Source: Stramenopiles sp. TOSAG23-2
Lineage: Eukaryota
Reading direction: 5' to 3'
Assembly: GCA_900128395.1 (NCBI GenBank)
Contig: LT649321.1
Span: 1-38,056 of the forward strand
DNA length: 38,056 nt
Part shown: positions 21,365-32,947 of the stretch, in pieces
Numbering within the stretch: the first letter of the stretch is position 1
How the letters are laid out: each line of letters begins with the position of its first letter
Notes under the pieces: generated by a model
The model's database searches: none
What the model saw: the letters and a program-made list of their open reading frames with translations, nothing else
What the model was told of the DNA's origin: nothing
Made by a program: the position numbers and the translations under genes

Positions 21365-22954
21365 TTATTTTGAATCGATTACTGATGCAATTGAGTCAGG
21401 TGAAACTTCTTTACGTGGGCGTTTATTTGTACCTTGTACAGCTGGTGTACTTTCTTCCAATGGTCGTTTTTTGCTAGCAGGTGGACTTGGTGTAGGTGCT
21501 ACTGCTGTTGCATTTTGAGCAGCAAGTAATGATGCATGTAAGCTTTCATCTTGTGATAATTGATCCATCATTTCATTTAATTCTTCTTCCGTTGGTGCAC
21601 GTCCTAATTGTGCAGTAAGTGCTTCCGTCAATTTAGTACGAATCATTACATTTACATCAACCGTCTCTCCCGTCGCTGATGGTGCTTCTTTATTATCACT
21701 AGTACTACTGCTACTTCCACTACTACTAGAAGTAGATGCACTACCACCACCTTGAGCTGCAAGTAATGATGCATGTAAGCTTTCATCTTGTGATAATTGT
21801 TCCATCATTTCATTTAATTCTTCTTCCGTTGGTGCACGTCCTAATTGTGCAGTAAGTGCTTCCGTCAATTTAGTACGAATCATTACATTTACATCAACCG
21901 TCTCTCCCGTCGCTGATGGTGCTTCTTTATTATCACTAGTACTACTGCTACTTCCACTACTACTGGAAGTAGATGCACTACCACCACCTTGAGCTGCAAG
22001 TAATGATGCATGTAAGCTTTCATCTTGTGATAATTGTTCCATCATTTCATTTAATTCTTCTTCCGTTGGTGCACGTCCTAATTGTGCAGTAAGTGCTTCC
22101 GTCAATTTAGTACGAATCATTGCATTAACATCAACAACTTCTTTTTCTTTTTCCTCTTCTTCTGCTTCTTCCTCGTCTTCACCATCCTCCTCCATAGCTT
22201 CTCTACCTTGATTTAATTGTTCCAATAACACTTTCAATTCCTCTTCTGTTGGATCACGACCTTTTGATTCTTTAAAAATCGTTACAACACGATCGACTAC
22301 ATGTTGCCAATAATCATCGTTGTCATCACCATCTGAATCAGATTCTTCGTAATCCTCTTCTTCTTCATCATCGTCTTCACCATTTTCTTGTTCCGCTCCT
22401 TTTGCTTTATCTTCTTTATCTTGCTCTTCTAAATCTTTCATTGCTGGCGGTGGATTTTTTGCTATTTTTTCTGCATATGCTTTATACTCTTCAAGCGTAA
22501 AATCTTTTGGTTCTGAATTTTGATCCATTCGGATAAATAGCATAGGTCCGTTAACAACAAATTCTTGAAAAGGTGCAGGCAATGTATGTGGATTTACAGG
22601 CATGTCATCTGCTGGTGTTCTTAATTTCATTACAATTACATCAATATCATCATAACTTGCACAAATGGTTGCAGTTCCACCTAGTTGTAAAGCTGGTGCA
22701 CATACTTTTGGTGTCATATCTAAGCTAACTTCCATTGGAACACCATTTTTACCAGTCGAACTATTCGATGAACTTGAGCTGGAGCTAGATGAGGAACCAC
22801 CATTACTACTACTGCTACTACTACTATTACTACTAGTTGATGGTGTTAATGGTACAAAGACACATTTACACACAGGACCAGTTTGTGTTAATAATTTTTG
22901 TAATGCTTTTGCATCAAATGATGATTTCAACGCGTCAGCTGCTGCACCATCCAT
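21365..22954 (-). CDS. Acidic protein with N-terminal DUF5880-like domain and helical GRxPTEEE repeats
   Basis: ATG at 22954 (MDGAAADALK). DMTPK...LGG...DIDVIVMK...NPHTLPAPF...GPMLFIRMDQNSEPKDFTLEEY is recalled as DUF5880-like (unverified). Four GRxPTEEEL motifs. Confidence 0.75.
   Translation of the reverse strand: MDGAAADALKSSFDAKALQKLLTQTGPVCKCVFVPLTPSTSSNSSSSSSSNGGSSSSSSSSSSNSSTGKNGVPMEVSLDMTPKVCAPALQLGGTATICASYDDIDVIVMKLRTPADDMPVNPHTLPAPFQEFVVNGPMLFIRMDQNSEPKDFTLEEYKAYAEKIAKNPPPAMKDLEEQDKEDKAKGAEQENGEDDDEEEEDYEESDSDGDDNDDYWQHVVDRVVTIFKESKGRDPTEEELKVLLEQLNQGREAMEEDGEDEEEAEEEEKEKEVVDVNAMIRTKLTEALTAQLGRAPTEEELNEMMEQLSQDESLHASLLAAQGGGSASTSSSSGSSSSTSDNKEAPSATGETVDVNVMIRTKLTEALTAQLGRAPTEEELNEMMEQLSQDESLHASLLAAQGGGSASTSSSSGSSSSTSDNKEAPSATGETVDVNVMIRTKLTEALTAQLGRAPTEEELNEMMDQLSQDESLHASLLAAQNATAVAPTPSPPASKKRPLEESTPAVQGTNKRPRKEVSPDSIASVIDSK
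21515..22135. repeat. Intragenic 237-bp (79-aa) tandem repeat, about 2.6 near-identical copies
   Basis: TTGAGC(A/T)GCAAGTAATGATGCATGTAAGC recurs at 21515, 21752 and 21989. Confidence 0.95.
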
Positions 22955-23208
22955 ATTTTGTTTATATTTATTTATATTTATATATGTATATATATATATA
23001 TATACGTTCAATTTACTTCTTTGCTCTTTATTTATAAAAGTGTCAAACGTATCACAACAATATTTTTGTTTTTGAACTACCTTTTTTCTATCCTTTTGCA
23101 AAGTGGTGAATGTCTTTCACGTAGATCCCGCCAATTTTCAAGTGTATTTATTAGTAGTTTTTTTGTGTGTGAATTCAATTCAATTATTGGTAACATAAAC
23201 TATACGAA

Positions 23209-23564
23209 TAATGACGAGAAAAGTGGGTCATGTTTTGACCGCTTTGTTTTATTGTTTCCTTAACCTATACATATTGTAGAGCTAACTAGCGAATATAGTT
23301 AAGGAAATAATTAAAACAAGCAGTCAAAAAATGAACCATTTTTCTCGTCATTAGTTTTGTGAATCAATTCACCTTTCGAAATCGAAATTGGTAACTTAAA
23401 CTATACTAATAATGACGAGAAAAGTGGGTCATTTTTTGACCGACTTGTTTTATTTATTTCCTTAAAACATACTAATAATGTATATTATACAATGATACTT
23501 GATATATAGTTAAGGACATAGTCAAAACCTCTAGTAAAAAAATGACCCATTTTTCTCGTCCTTA
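23209..23564. repeat. Two tandem ~150-bp foldback (MITE-like) units
   Basis: Each unit runs TAATGACGAGAAAAGTGGGTCA....TGAC...TTTCCTTAA to TTAAGGA...AAAAAATGA.CCATTTTTCTCGTC.TTA. Units at 23209-23353 and 23410-23564. Confidence 0.85.
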
Positions 23565-24162
23565 GTCATTATAGATCATATATCTAGATCCTAGTGTACT
23601 TTCGTCGTACTTCGAATTGGTATTCTAAAAACCACTTAAAAGTACAAATTATGAATTATTGATAGGAAATATGTTGCTAGGCGTGTTTTTTCATAGTCTA
23701 ATTTATAATCAATACTGTGTATATGCTATATGGAATGCAAAACGGACTTTACAAATTACACTACTAATGATTGTACTAATAGATATGCTTATGTCCTATG
23801 TGAATACCTATTAATTGAAATGTTTGTACTTAGGAAATCGATGTTCTGCATGGCCGGCCATTCCATGAAGACACATATATTATATCGTCTATCAAGAAAC
23901 ACAGGTTTGATGAGGAGGGATGCAAAGATGCAAAGCGTGGTGGACCAAAAGTGATAGAGGGTGTGCGTGGGAAAACTATTACAATCAGAATGTTAGAGAC
24001 ATTTCTCTCGTTCTGAAAAAAAAACAAATACATGTATATATATGTTTACGTTGATCCATCTAGAGACAATTTCTCCTTTGTTTTTCGAACTTCTTTCCCC
24101 TCACACAACAAACACACATTTTCCATTATATCCATAAATATATACGAAGTTGAATTGAAACA

Positions 24163-24954
24163 TTATGCAGATCGTCTAAAACTTTTATTGATTTCCATGA
24201 TATCATTTTCAGCAGTTTTCATTTGTCTAGCAAATAATTCACGTTTCTTTACAAAACTTTTGGAACGATCCGTCGCATCGTTGGATTCATCTTCCAAACG
24301 TTTAATACATTCTTTAACGGATGATAATACATATGCTTTACCTACTGAACGGAAGACTGTATTTTTACCATCTAAACCAGTAACTTCCCGTAATGTTAAC
24401 TCCGCTGCTTTTTTTTGACGTTCAGCTTGTTCAATTTGCATCGAAGCTTCATGTACAGAACGCTTGGATATTTGGTATTTTTGCATCGCTTTTTGGTATT
24501 CACCCATTACTACTTTTTGAAGCGCTGCGTTACCACTGGATCCACTGGAACCACCTTTCTTCTCACGTTCATCTTGTAACATTTTTGCAAACTTCGTTTT
24601 TTCAGTTGCTAATGCAAGAGTTAACTCATCATTTTTTTCGTTACCTTTTACTTTCATAGCATTTGATAATACTTTTACAGCATCTACATTTTTGCCTTGT
24701 TTCCTTAACGCTATTGCTTGTCGCATGTAACCTATTGCATGCGTTGGTTTTAATTTAGCAAGTGCTTCCCCATCTTGTTGCATTTTTGCCCATTCTTTTT
24801 TAACTTGATAACATGCTGAACGGTTTGAATAACATAACGCTGCAGATGCTGGTTCTGGTTTTAAATCAATTGCTCTGGTATATGCATCAATTGCACCATC
24901 AATATTTTTTTGTTTATAAAATTTATTCCCTTCCAACCGTGCTTGTTCCGCCAT
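24163..24954 (-). CDS. TPR domain (Hop/STI1-like) fused to prefoldin beta-type subunit 1-like domain
   Basis: N-terminal TPRs (ARLEGNKFYK...AIDAYTRAIDL, YSNRSACY, GYMRQAIAL). C-terminus QIEQAERQKKAAELTLREV...VFRSVGKAYVL is typical of PFDN1. Confidence 0.85.
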   Translation of the reverse strand: MAEQARLEGNKFYKQKNIDGAIDAYTRAIDLKPEPASAALCYSNRSACYQVKKEWAKMQQDGEALAKLKPTHAIGYMRQAIALRKQGKNVDAVKVLSNAMKVKGNEKNDELTLALATEKTKFAKMLQDEREKKGGSSGSSGNAALQKVVMGEYQKAMQKYQISKRSVHEASMQIEQAERQKKAAELTLREVTGLDGKNTVFRSVGKAYVLSSVKECIKRLEDESNDATDRSKSFVKKRELFARQMKTAENDIMEINKSFRRSA

Positions 24955-25904
24955 GATTACAATATAATATATATATATATAAGAATTAAAGGTTAAAAAA
25001 CGTGATAATTGTTATAAAATGAATTATCTCGTTAGATATTTTCCTTTTGTCGACATCCACATGTCCACACAGATCAACAGTCCTCAGGAGGTGTCAATTC
25101 AATTAAAAAAACATCAGAAAAAACGATTTTTGAATCCCGTCGAATTTTGAAAAATCACATTTTTTCATCATGATATAAGTACAAATAAGGCGTATACATA
25201 TTGTTCTCTCCTATCAAAACGCGTAAATTATATTAAGGTCAATATATATATATTTTTATGATTGTGTACAAACTGCTTATGCCCCCACATAGGTTTTCGT
25301 CATATCAACGTATTACCTTAACGTGTTTGTAACACAAAAATAGAGCAATCGAAATAGATCTAGAAGAGATAAAATTTGGATTTTGGATGGTTGAAGGACC
25401 TATCAGTTTGTACTTGTGCACCTTGTGATTTCTTAACTTTTGGTCCTTACGAATAACACTATTTACAATAGAATATGTGATCCAATACCAAAATGACTTT
25501 TCTCACACCTTAGACTACACATCAAAAGTACCGCCCCTATATGATCGTACTTATAGATGCTGACAATGTATCATATTTAATGTACGACTTAGACTACACA
25601 ACAGCATTTTTTCTACTCCTCCCAAACAACCGTTATTATTAACTCCTACACACTAGTAAAAGTAATAAAATTGTTGTAGGAGAGTGCAAGGTGAACACGT
25701 GAGGCAGAAAGGTGGAGCAGAGGAAAACGAGAAGAACAATTCATATCTACTACATATTATATCCACTCAGTAGTGAAAAAAAATATAAATATTATCTGTC
25801 TCTGTGTGTATACGCCAAAAAAAATAGTGTGGAAAAAAAAATTTACATCATCATTTTTTCTTCCGTAAAAATAGATTAAATAAATATATAATAAAAATTA
25901 TAAA

Positions 25905-27413
25905 ATGCATGGAACAAATATTGAAAAAGCACGTGCGTTAAAACGTGATAAATGGTTTGAAAAAGAATATGACATACCAAAATACCCAGTAATGGAACGC
26001 GATAGGAAAAAATTAAATTTTGATCAAGGTAAAGATATTCATAATTGGGATGATTTAGCTGCATTGACAAGAACTGGAAAACCATCATACAAGAAAAAAA
26101 ACAAAAAAAAATTCAAAAATCCATATCGTAAGGAAGTAAATAATGATGATGATGACGAGGATGAAAAAACACCCCAACAACGTAAAGAAAAACAACAACA
26201 ACCATCATTTATTAAACCTTCACAAAGTGTAAGATTAAGTAAAAGTTTTGATAAAAGTTCATTACGTTGTGAAGTACATGATATAGAGACAAAAGAAACA
26301 AATAGTGTATGTATACTTGTGTTATCAATAGATGGAGCAAATAAAAAAACAATTGAACGAGTTACAAATGGTAATATTAGTAAAATTGTTTCCTGTTACA
26401 TAGAAGGTGAAATGAAAATTTCATCCTTACAAGATGTTGTAAAAAATGTAAAAAAAGATACAACATCACCAGCATGTCGTTTATCCTTACGTGTAAGTCC
26501 AAGTGATGCGAAACGTATATTAGCATTATACGGTAAACGTGTTGTAAAAAAAGTAATATCCGGTTCTGTTGTTAATATATCTGCAATTGAATGTATTGGT
26601 GAAAACGAGGCCACTGCACGAGGTTTATTATTAGGTAATAATAATGATAGAACGGAACAAATGAATAAAGCTGCTGGTGCAACTGTTGGTACTAGTGATA
26701 ATGATGGATATAATATTATTGGTACTGGTGATATTAAAAGTTTCGAAGAAGAAGAACGATTACGATTTACATTAGGTGGTAGTAAAAAGAAACGTACGTT
26801 GAATGGTATTAGTAGTACAAGTTTTGATACTACAAAATTATCTGGTAGTGGAGCATTATTATCACCACAATCATCTCCACAATTGTATAAACATTACCAT
26901 GCAAGTCATTTAGAACAAGCATTAAATATGATTGGAAGTTTTATTTTAAAAGTAAATGATGAATTTGAACAAACATGTGATATTAATTCCATGAAAAATA
27001 AAGATGATGAACCAGTGATATCGTTACGAGAAGCTACGGAAGCGATTTGCCGGCTATTGAAAACGGTTCCACCTGGTGCAGGTGATATTGTTCGACATTT
27101 CATGGAAGAACAAGAAGATAAACGTTATATGAATTATTCTGATTTTGTGAAATTATTTAGTTTTGGTTTTTATCATATTATTCAAGCAAGACGAAAAAAA
27201 GAAGAAGAATTTATCATGGTAGAGGAAGATGATACAGGTAATAATAATAATACGTATGGTAGAACAGATGTTATACTTATTGATGAACCAGTAAGTGTAA
27301 ATCATGCTATAGGTGATTCGATTAGTGCAATGGTAGATGATGATTATGATATTACAATGGAAACCGAATTGATTCGACCAAAACTTAGAAATCAACGAAG
27401 TTCGAAAAAGTGA
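25905..27413 (+). CDS. Protein of unknown function, possible degenerate EF-hand pair near the C-terminus
   Basis: 502-aa ATG ORF. VISLREATEAI and YMNYSDFVKLF resemble EF-hand exit helices. Confidence 0.7.
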   Translation: MHGTNIEKARALKRDKWFEKEYDIPKYPVMERDRKKLNFDQGKDIHNWDDLAALTRTGKPSYKKKNKKKFKNPYRKEVNNDDDDEDEKTPQQRKEKQQQPSFIKPSQSVRLSKSFDKSSLRCEVHDIETKETNSVCILVLSIDGANKKTIERVTNGNISKIVSCYIEGEMKISSLQDVVKNVKKDTTSPACRLSLRVSPSDAKRILALYGKRVVKKVISGSVVNISAIECIGENEATARGLLLGNNNDRTEQMNKAAGATVGTSDNDGYNIIGTGDIKSFEEEERLRFTLGGSKKKRTLNGISSTSFDTTKLSGSGALLSPQSSPQLYKHYHASHLEQALNMIGSFILKVNDEFEQTCDINSMKNKDDEPVISLREATEAICRLLKTVPPGAGDIVRHFMEEQEDKRYMNYSDFVKLFSFGFYHIIQARRKKEEEFIMVEEDDTGNNNNTYGRTDVILIDEPVSVNHAIGDSISAMVDDDYDITMETELIRPKLRNQRSSKK

Positions 27414-27674
27414 TGTTTGAAATAATTAAAAAAAATGAAAGGTGAATGGAGAGATGGAGAGGGGAGAAGGGGGGAGATAAAAAATGTACAGAATTATCAA
27501 CGACGAATATATACTAAATTATAAATATAGAAAAAAGTAGTGGAGAGAGATAGAGAGGTAAACAAAAACCAAAGGAATGTGTAAAAATACTTGAAAAGTT
27601 GTCAATAAAAATAACAAAACAAAATTTTTTTGTCATAAAAATTTCAACTCCTCACGATTTTCTGTTAAGTACAT
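27288..27674 (+). repeat. Direct repeat copy 1 (3' coding end and 3' flank of the 25905-27413 gene)
   Basis: 27288-27413 matches 32941-33066 with two substitutions. The downstream part aligns with indels. Confidence 0.95.
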
Positions 27675-28112
27675 AGTTAACTCTACCAAAAATGCACTTC
27701 ATTAAACCTGCTTTGATACATCGCGGTGTGGTCGATGCATTGTTGATGCTGTGTTCATGCTAATTTTGTTATCAATAATACATCCTGTATGTGGTTAAAA
27801 TCGTAAATTCATCACCTTTTTTGATTTGCACTTTAACTTTGCCAGTAGAATAGCACAGTACCAGCGTACCAGCTTGCCATTTTTTTTTTTTTTTTTTTGA
27901 TGCACCATGCACCATGCACCACCCCCTTTAGACCTATTATATTATTATTTATAGATTTAAATTTTTTATTCAGCAAAGTTTTTTTGTTTTTCCAGGTTTT
28001 CATCAAATAATATATATATTAATATATATATATACTATATTTTGCACGTCGAATATATCGTTCACATCCAATTAAAAAGGAACAACAATAAATTAGAGGT
28101 AATATTAAAATT

Positions 28113-29036
28113 ATGAACACGTCTGCTGCCGTATTGTTTATGCTTGGTCTCGCGACCTTGGCTACCTGCAGCGAGGCAAGTTGGGGGCCAATTTGGGGGC
28201 CACAACCCCGTCTGCGCATCAGGAGACTGGGACGGTATGGAAGCAGAGTCCCGTACAACCAGGCGCAAGCCCGGAGATACCAGGCTATGAATGATCACCC
28301 GAAAGAGAGTTGCATGGCGAGGTGTGAACGAAAGTTCAGTCAGTCGGGACAGCGGGTCACCGAAAAGTGCTTGTATCGTTGCGGCCTTCCTCCCTCAGAC
28401 GCGGCCGAAGAGAAACTTGATGCAGTGGAACCATGGGATGGATATACCGAGTACAGCCGAGGGAGCTTCGTGACGTACAGATGGGGAGGTCAAACAAAGA
28501 CGTATCGGAAAATAAGTTCACAATGCATGCCTTATCCACAAGCAAATGCGTGGATTTGTAACTCTCCTTATCGCGACCGAGACAATTGGGAAGAGATAGA
28601 GAGAGAGGATTACTGGAAACTTTTTCTAACATCCACAAATTCAAGGAGGTTGTATATACCGTACAACTGGGAGCAAGCCCAGAGATACCAGTCCTGGAAC
28701 GACCATCCGAAAAGCAGTTGCATGACGAAGTGTGAACGAAAGTTCACTCAGTCGGGACAGCGGGTCACCGAAATGTGCTTGGCGAAATGCGGCCTTCCTC
28801 CCTCAGCCGCAGCCGAAGAGAAAATCGCGGCATTGGAATCATGGGATGGATACACCGAGTACAGCCGAGGGAGCTTCGTGACGTACAGATCGGGAGGTCA
28901 AACAAAGACGTATCGGAAAACAAGTTCGCAATGCATGCCTTATCCACGACCGAACGCGTGGATTTGTAACTCTCCTCGTCGCGACCAAGACAATTGGGAA
29001 GAGCTAACCCAAAGGTTTTACTTTCTCCTTTTCTAA
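28113..29036 (+). CDS. Secreted Cys/Trp-rich protein with two tandem modules, possibly carbohydrate-binding
   Basis: Signal peptide MNTSAAVLFMLGLATLATCSEA. Modules at 28251-28595 and 28659-29003 (408-bp offset). WDGYTEYSRGSFVTY..G..Y...W pattern resembles CBM5/12/73. Confidence 0.75.
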   Translation: MNTSAAVLFMLGLATLATCSEASWGPIWGPQPRLRIRRLGRYGSRVPYNQAQARRYQAMNDHPKESCMARCERKFSQSGQRVTEKCLYRCGLPPSDAAEEKLDAVEPWDGYTEYSRGSFVTYRWGGQTKTYRKISSQCMPYPQANAWICNSPYRDRDNWEEIEREDYWKLFLTSTNSRRLYIPYNWEQAQRYQSWNDHPKSSCMTKCERKFTQSGQRVTEMCLAKCGLPPSAAAEEKIAALESWDGYTEYSRGSFVTYRSGGQTKTYRKTSSQCMPYPRPNAWICNSPRRDQDNWEELTQRFYFLLF

Positions 29037-29114
29037 AATAGGAGAAGGTGTCATAGAAGGAAGAGGGAAGAGTTCTAAAATAGGAGAAGGTGCCATAGAA
29101 GGAAGAGAGAAGAG
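29031..29114. repeat. 42-bp tandem duplication overlapping the stop codon
   Basis: TTCTAAAATAGGAGAAGGTG(T/C)CATAGAAGGAAGAG(G/A)GAAGAG at 29031 and 29073. Confidence 0.9.
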
Positions 29115-29779
29115 AAAGAATCTATCTGTCTTTCTTCGCAAGTTGTACGACAAATCGAATATTAATATAAAGAACCGTGTAATGATATGTATTGGATTTT
29201 ATTTTTTATTCGATTTTATTACCCCTTGTTTTACTCTCTTCTTACTTTTAAAATACTTATATATATATAAAAAGTTTATAATCCCGTTTCATAATATTTT
29301 GTGTCACTAGTGGTGGATTGGTATTGTTTAATTTTTCAATTTCACGTGCCATCCTGAGATAAAAATATAATATATATCAACAAAACTGGTTAGAAAAGAG
29401 GAGGATCTCTATTATTATATGATATATATTATTATTATTATGGTGCCCAGGGACCCTACGAGAGTATCATCTTTTTTTATAATATATATTTTTCAAAAAA
29501 TAATAACTACTTCCAGAAGAATGATTGCACGATGAAAATGTGTAAAATATAAATATGTACTTGCTAGTACGAAAACAACGAATGTAAACAAACGAAAGTT
29601 ATTTACTACGCGGAAAAAGAAGAAGTGGAAAAATAATAAGTATATAAGTGCAGAAGGTAAAATTGTATTTTATAAAGACAGTTTGACACATATCAAAATA
29701 GAAAAGGAAAACATAAATTATAACATTACACTAATCTAGTAACATTACACTAAACTAACTATCAAGAACTTTTGTCAAA

Positions 29780-32440
29780 ATGTCCGTGTATCATATTCAA
29801 TATATAACCTTGTTGTTGGCAATGAGTATTGTTATTGCTCAAATTGCAGTAGTATTATCTTTAAATAATAATAATCATCAAACCTCATTACCACGCGTAT
29901 TTCTTGTACCTCATTCTCATGATGACGTTGGTTGGGTTGATGATATGGATACAATGTACAATTCAACCCGTCCTGGAAACAATACTATTAAAAATATCTA
30001 TGATACAGTCACAGAAGCATTGTCGTTAAACCCATCGAGACGATTTATTGCAGTAGAAATGTATTGGTTACATAGATGGTGGAATGATGTTTTAACCACA
30101 GATACACAACGCATATCTTTTAAAAAGTTAGTTGCAAATAAACAAATTGAATTTGTATGTGGTGGTTGGGTGATGCATGATGAAGCAGTCTCACATTATC
30201 AGGCCGATGTAGATCAAATGACGATTGGGCATGAATTCATAATTGAAACATTTGGTAAAGAATATGTCCCAAGAACATGCTGGCATATAGACCCCTTCGG
30301 CTCCGTCGGTAGTAATGCTGCATTATATGGAAAAATGAGTTTCAATGCATTTGGAACAAACCGAATACCAGATAATATGAAAACTTTATGGGAAAATAAT
30401 CAAGAATTGGATTTTATATGGGAAGGTACTCGCAGTGGAATAGAATCAGATAAATTATTTACACATGTTATGGACAGCTATGGATATTGCCCACCAAATA
30501 TTCCAAGAAATGCTTTTATGTGGGATGATTATAATTATTGGTCGAAAAGTGGTGATGGTAAAGGACCAGAGCCAGTAGTAAATGAATCAAATGTAATAGA
30601 ATTTGCAAAAAATATTACAAATTGGTTTTTAAAACAACGAAAATGGCGAAGAGTACAAGAAATCATGTTATGGCCCTATGGTTGTGATTTGGAACAACAT
30701 AATGCTACACTGAATATGAAACAAATGGATTATATAATGGACTATATAAATAGAAATCCAGATAAATTTGGATTGACAGTTCAATACGCAACACTTTCAG
30801 AATACTTTAATGAATTAAATGAATTAAAAATTGTACAATGGCCTAAACGTGGCGTTGAAACAAATTTAAGTTTTTTACCATTAGGTACGGTTTCTCCATA
30901 TCCAGGATTTTATAATGAGTCGACTGAAATGCATTGGTGGAGTGGCTTTTTCACTAGTAGGCCGATCTTAAAACGAAAAGCAAGGATTGGATCGTCCGTT
31001 TTAGTTACAGCTGAACGACTTTATGTTCAATCATTGTTTGCATCATCTTTCTCATGCACAATTATGGATGATGATTTGCCAGCGGGAATTATTAATTTAC
31101 GTCGCGCAGTTGCTGTTGTTCAACATCATGATGCTATTCCAGGCACGTGTAGACCGGAAGTCATGGAAATTTATATTAATGATATTAATGCTGCATTGAA
31201 GGAGACGGAAATTATCATTCAAAATAGTTTTAAGAAAATATTAAATATTGAAGCAGACAAGGTTGTTGATAAACAAACAACAATAAGTGCGGGCGACGAC
31301 AAGAACAATCAACACACTGATTTAAATCTCGATGTTTACATATACAATCCGTTAGCATGGAAACGTAGTCATATTGTGGAAATTTTATCTTTCAAGGATA
31401 ATAATGGTAAGAATATTGATATGTCAAAATTAAAAAATGTTCTTGTGACAAATTTTAATGGAGAGACGATTCCATCACAATACAATAATGAAAATGAAGG
31501 AAGTAGCATATTATCGTTTTATGCAAAAACACTATATCCATTGGGAATATCAAGTTTTAAAATTCAAGCAAAATACAATGAAAATCATAATAATAATATC
31601 ATTAACATGGAAACGAAAAAAATAAACGAAGATAAAAATATTATTTTAAAAAACAAATATGTAGAATGGCAATTTGATGTAAATGGAAACTTAATATCAA
31701 TCAATAAAAAACCAACATCGATGATGTTTATGCAATATCCAACAGACACTACAACAAATTTAAAAGGTGATGCATATCAATGGCGGCCGATGGAAAAAGC
31801 AAGTAATATCATATTATGTGAAAAACCAAGTTTTATCAATTATTGTAACACTGGTAACATTACAAGTAAATTAATTTTACATTATGAAAAAGAATGTGTA
31901 AATGGAACAGAAATCAATATTACATTTACACTTAATAAAATAGGTCCAATTGAGGAACAGATTGAAATGAGTGTTGACGTTGAAGTTGGCCCAATCATAC
32001 ATACAAATTCAGAAGTAGCAATCCGTATCCAATCTTCTATTGTGAATGAAAATGGCCATTTTTATACAGACGAAGGAGGTTTTCAACATCGTGTACGAAT
32101 TTTTAATGCAAATAAAGATAAAGACACTTTGAACAATATTGCAAGTAATTTTTTCCCTATTGTATCATCTGCATATATTCGAGATGAAAATGGAGTCAAC
32201 CAATTGACAATTTTCACACAACACTCACATGGATTTACTAGTTCAAAGACAGGGGAAATGGAAATTATGCTTCATAGACGAATTTCAAATGGATTTATAA
32301 ATTTAGAAAATGTAAATAAAAGCATTTCTAACTTGAAGATTGTATCCAGCACAGTTGAACAATATGAAAATATTCGAAATTATATTACACAGTATATTGA
32401 GCATCCACCATTTTCATTCTTCCATTTTAATAGTATTGCC

Positions 32441-32476
<36 letters not shown>

Positions 32477-32947
32477 GGTGGTGGTGGTGATGGTGGTGGT
32501 GGTGTTGAAACAAAAATTAGAAAAGAATATATACCAATACCTTCTAATTTAGAATTGCCCATGAATATTCATTTAATGACTTTAGAAATTGGAATGAATG
32601 ATGCCAATGAAGGAGGAAGAGTTATCAGATTACGTCTAATAAATTTATTAGAACCAACTACAAGTAGCAAAAACAAAAATATGAATATGCCTGTAACAGT
32701 AAATGTGACAAATGTAATGAAAAATATATTTACAATTAAAAAGTGGCAGGAACGAACATTGACAGGTAGTATGAAAATATCATATGCTAAAAGTACCCGT
32801 TTACATTGGGATAATAATGAAAAAAAATTTAATAATTATGAGTATGATCCAAGTATCAGCAAGCATAAAGAAGATTGGTCAACAGGAAATGTTGTTGTAT
32901 CTATAAAGCCATTAGATATTGTTACATTGCATTTGGTAACCCAGTAA
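29780..32947 (+). CDS. Glycoside hydrolase family 38 alpha-mannosidase (lysosomal/secreted type)
   Basis: Signal peptide. Motifs VFLVPHSHDDVGW, GGWVMHDEA, WHIDPFG, WSGFFTSRP, QHHDAIPGT, YNPLAW and GEMEIMLHRR. Confidence 0.93.

Noticed and set aside
27880..27898. Poly-T tract as a retroposed poly-A tail
   Set aside because: No target-site duplication was found, and its orientation is opposite to the adjacent gene.
32441..32503. Poly-Ser/poly-Gly stretch as a functional domain
   Set aside because: In-frame (AGT)n(GGT)n slippage, like the other low-complexity tracts in these genes.
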